64,000 nt of DNA from Gnetum montanum (taxonomy: Eukaryota > Plantae > Gnetophyta): contig MNCI01002388.1 in the NCBI GenBank assembly GCA_015680685.1, positions 159,365 to 223,364 on the forward strand, given 5' to 3'. The notes under the pieces are model-generated. The model searched no databases. It had not been told where the DNA came from and worked only from the letters and a program-made list of their open reading frames with translations. Every line of letters starts with the position of its first letter. The stretch's first letter is position 1. Shown here piece by piece: positions 59,469 to 64,000 of this stretch. The translations under genes and the position numbers were made by a program.

Positions 59469-60890
59469 CACGGCATTTATTTGTGATCTTTAAGTTTAAA
59501 ACGATCTATTGCATGACCTCAACCTCGCTTTTCTTAGAAATTAATAATTTAACTTCCTTATTTTACGAATCAACTGATTCATGGTATTTACAATGCAAAT
59601 CTTTATAGCTAATCTGTGACCGTAAAACTTTGATTTAAACATCTTAGGGCTATTATTGGTTATCGTTAGCAAACATTTGAAAATTTTCTGGAGTTGTTCA
59701 AGATAGATGCATAAACTTCTATCGAAAACCACCGACGATTTCTCCCGACCCATATCCACGGTGAGCTCGTCCCAAGGTCGTCGTAGCCAAACATTGCAAA
59801 GGATTTTTGTTAATTTTTTTTTCATTCATATCCATGATTGGGTTCATCCAAACGTTGTGCCAACAAACGGGTTTGAGGTGTTTTTTACAATCCAGGGCCA
59901 AGTTCCTCTCAACGTCACAGTGGTGAACCATTCAAAATTTTTTTTATAATCCGATTTTTAAAAAAACGCAATCCGATTTTTAAAAAAACGCCGGGATAAG
60001 ACCAGTCGCTATGTGATTAAATTCAGCCATGGATTTTAGCGTAGTGGTAAGAATTTTGATTTGAAAGCTTTAAGTCATATGGGCTTGATTTCAACGGACA
60101 ATGTTATAACTTTTAAGGTTCCAACACCCTTACCCATGGAATTATATTTCAGTAAACACTCATTTCAGAGTCATCTTGCTAGTTCTAACTTTGCATTGTC
60201 TTATTGATTAATTGCCAAACGGTGGATGGGTAACCACTTTTCATCCATATGTGCATAACCCTTGAATGGAGAATCCATGGCTACATACGGTATAGAAACC
60301 ATGACTATTGTGAACCAACACCCATTGTGTGTTTCAAAAGTTCTCTTTATAAAATGTTAACATTTTTCCTAATAACTTGATACTTTATTTAACATGTTTT
60401 TAATTTGTTCATTGTTCTTTTGGTCAATAAGCTTAACCTCTTATAAAACCTTAAAATTTTAAAGTACTTACTAAAGAAGTATGTCTAACAATTAATTAAA
60501 AAAATAGTATTAAGATGGAAAATAATGCCTTCAAGGATAGGAAATTGAATAATTAAATTGAAACTGAAACTAAAGTTTTATTATGTTTGTAGATCCTCCA
60601 AAGCTATTGGGCAAGAGAAATGTACATGCTATGATGTTTAAAACATCATTTAAAAGATTACCAAGTATTCTTGATAACATTTTGAAACAAATCAACAAAA
60701 TTTACAGATGTAAGATCTCACTTATATCTATTTGTATTGCATAGTCAGTATATTTGTCCTTCGCAAGGAATTTTGAACCATCTACCTAGTTTAGTTCTCA
60801 TATGATGATGATGAGATCTCATTTGTGCTATGCTAATTGTGCATCGTAAATGGCGAGGAACAATGACAAATAATGCTCCTTTGAATTAAG

Positions 60891-61135
60891 GTTNTACATT
60901 AACCTGAATAAGTCATAGGTTTGAGGGGAAGGGAAAGCTGGGAGCACTGTGAATGAGACTCGGGAACAACTTATAAATAAACGAGTATTAAAGGAGGAAA
61001 CTCAAATTGGGGCACTATCAAACATCCACACATACTGACTCATTACTCAATAGAATGACATAGAATTAGATGAGGCAAACAACTCTCAATTAATGATATA
61101 GAGAGTTCCAATGATGACTCCCCTCAATAGAGAGA
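60891..61135 (-). mobile_element. 245-bp insertion with perfect 16-bp TSD (probable 5'-truncated non-LTR retroelement)
   Basis: GCTCCTTTGAATTAAG at 60875-60890 and 61136-61151. It sits within a dispersed repeat that is also seen at about 37940-38080. Confidence 0.55.
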
Positions 61136-64000
61136 GCTCCTTTGAATTAAGAATTTTACTACTAGGCTAACACCTCATTGTTATTTATATATTATGATAA
61201 CACGGCAGCAAGGAAACAAAACAATTATAATAGTGATTTAAAAACTATTTACAAAAAAACGTATAACAATGCCTCAAGTGTAGATTACTTATATGATATG
61301 ATAACATTGCATCTAACAATGAGGCATTAGCCTAGTGCTAAGAATATTAATTTAAAAGGTTCAAGTCGTGGGCAATGTTGAGTTATAACGTTCCAATTGA
61401 ACTATATACCTTGAGGTAGATTAAAAAATTAAAAATAAAACTTCAATGGTAGTAGACAATGTTAAGTTATAAAGTTCCAATTAAACTATATACCTTGATC
61501 AATTAAAAAAATTAAAATTAAAAATAATAACAATGCTTCTATATAATTTCAACCAACAACTTCTTGTCAAATAAAACAATGAACTAAGCATTTAAGGACC
61601 ATTAATAGCGGCTTTAAGTGGACCTATACTCTAGCGTTACTCTGTTCACGCTGCATTGATGGCTGTTTTGCTTTTCCTTAGCCCTTTGGAATCAACCTAT
61701 ATATTCCTCTTGCATTGCTTCATTTATGCTACATTGACTATAGTTTTTCTTTTGCCTCGGTGACAAAGCTCATCATTGCAAGCATCCTAAGAAACCGGGA
61801 AAGTAAACAGACTTTGCAAGACCAATATTCCAGTGATTCCCCAACAAACGAACCAATCAAGCAAGATCAACAACAGCACAGGATCACCAATTCATAACAC
61901 CTGAACGTGGCATGCATTTGACGGTAGTCACAGGTGCAGAGTAGAGGCCAAAAAGTGATAACACCTGTAGACCCTAAAAGCAAGCAAGCATGAATGAATG
62001 AATTAAGGAAGGAATGCACAAATTCATGATGGAATACTTTGCAAAAGCAAAGGAATGATTCCGCTGAGGGAACATTCACATTCATCAGCAGCAGCGCATG
62101 CCTACTCCTGACACCAGACAAAACAAAAACACAAAACGACATCATTCATTCCTGGGGACGCATGCACACCATGGATTCTTCCTGGCAACCTAAAAAAACA
62201 CACACACCACCACCAAAAACAACCTCAACAGGATCAGTAACTTCAATTATGACGCAGAACCCACATTAAAAAAGAAAACAACCATGAACCTACCTACAAA
62301 GCAGAACCTATAAAAACAGCCAAAGCAAAGCAGGATCAGTAATTTCAATTATGACACAGAACCACATAACAAACAACATTGAACCCACAAAAACAACCAT
62401 GAACCCACAAAGCCCATAGCAAAAACCAGAGCAAAAGTGCCAATTAGGCCAATGAAGTGGTACCTAACTGGTAACGGTGAAAAACCACCAAGTTTAAGTT
62501 GCAGTCATCACTGAGACATGTGATCAGTGATTTGTTGCCAAGAACATGTAAATTTTCCCTAAAGTATCAATCAGGAATTAAGTACAGCAGGTGGGTATTT
62601 ATGTGTGCAGCAGCATGCTTCTTCTTCTTCTTCTTTCTGCTCCTTGTTGTGCTTGCTGATTCAGGACCGCTGCTGCAACAATTATAAGAAATCATAGCAC
62701 TTGTGCTTGTGGGGTAGGCCACTGCACAGTGACTGTGGGTAGTTTGCTTCATGATTCTGGAATTCATTCATTCATTCATAGGAAGGATTGGCGTGCAAAT
62801 TGCAGGGCAGGGGCAGTGGAGTGGAGTGGGTGTGATTGTGAATGAGAGCATTTTGCAGAGCACGCAGGCTTAGGCTTGCTGATGCTGCTGCTGGTGCTGG
62901 CGTGCAGAAGCCTGTAGCAACACTTTTGTTATGTCACTCTGACGTCGTTTTCGTGATGATGATGATGCTGCTGCTGCTTGTTTTGATGACAGCAGCTGAA
63001 ATTCTCATGATCTTTTGATTCCCCTGTGCTTGGTTTTGTCTGTACTGCCTTCCTCCCTTTCTTGCAGTAGTAAATTGTAGCTTTATTCAAGCAATTGGGG
63101 CTTCAGATTTTTGACTTTTGATTGTCATTTTATTGACATTTCCAGTTTTCAAAACCAGGTCCGCATTCCGCTCTGGCATTGGGTACTGCTGGTTCTGCTG
63201 CCACAGATGCATAGGTATGACAGCGCCTTCAATGTAATCTAGCCAATGTGAAATGACCTTTTTCTCAATTTATTTATTTTTAATTTACTATTTTAGTTTC
63301 TTTTAATTATAATTATTTAGCATAGAAACCATTCTTCAATTAGTTTATCAATACAATGTATGGGAATTCAACCTACGTGCTAAAATTCCTTGAGCACTAC
63401 GAATCACAATCGAACACCCTTTTCAAGTTTTCAGTATGTTTATAAAGTTGCTTAGTGGATTTTCTCTGGCTTTGACAAGCTTAACCATGGAATTGTGTTC
63501 TAGTATCATTTAGCAAATAAGAAGCGTCTATCTCCTGACTTTGAATAACAGGTTAACAACCCATGATGCATTGGACCAATTCAATTTGCTCATTATCTTT
63601 ACACAATAAGATAGAACAAAGTTAGAGGATACTTAGCATTGCTCCCTCGCTAAACAATAAGATGGAATAATAAGGCAAGGCTGGCTACCCTTAATGAACC
63701 TAGTACGTACATGTAGTATGTAATTCATAAACTTTGATCATAAAGTATACATCATAGAACTTTTTATTTTGCAAATTTACTTTAAGTTAATGTAGTTTTT
63801 TTCAGCTTGTTGAAAATGAATAATAATAATAATAACAAAATTCATAGTACATTAAATCATTAAACAGAGAATTCATAGAAGCAAATAGCGAAAGAGAAAA
63901 TAATTGAGGATAATTTAAGTCAATTGTGGATAAATAAGAATCTAGTTCTTCATAGAAGCAAATGGTGAAAGAGAATTCATGTATCTAACTCTATTTTGTT

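Noticed and set aside
62780-63060. Possible conserved miRNA (miR535-like AGAGCACGC, miR172-like TGATGATGCTGC, miR408-like ACTGCCT) or CLE peptide
   Set aside because: Only short partial matches within simple repeats; no full mature sequence, star arm or CLE motif.

Overview
Eukaryotic, land-plant genomic DNA with four N-gaps. There is one intact protein-coding gene: a two-exon, minus-strand bHLH transcription factor of the TMO5/bHLH30-32 clade (subfamily Vb, C-terminal ACT-like domain; CDS join 21322..20627 + 18341..17787, about 416 aa). It lies in a largely TE-free island of about 9 kb. There is also one intact tRNA-Thr(AGU) gene (59395-59468, minus). The rest is mostly a retroelement graveyard with heavy C>T decay. 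(i) A nest of three Athila-like Ty3/gypsy elements at 1-14.2 kb. (ii) A Ty1/copia element (about 25.7-37.4 kb) carrying an Athila-like element, which itself carries a solo LTR. (iii) Two further solo LTRs with perfect TSDs. (iv) Degenerate L1, RTE and other LINEs, several tRNA-derived SINE families and two tandem arrays. The most unusual signal is in the Athila-like family. Two copies appear to lack pol but keep gag plus a 3' 'third gene' (env-like/ORF3). That gene has its own U3-like internal promoter and a conserved mini-intron directly before the ATG, and one copy carries an in-frame internally deleted 'mini' version. All calls are by eye; no database searches were run.
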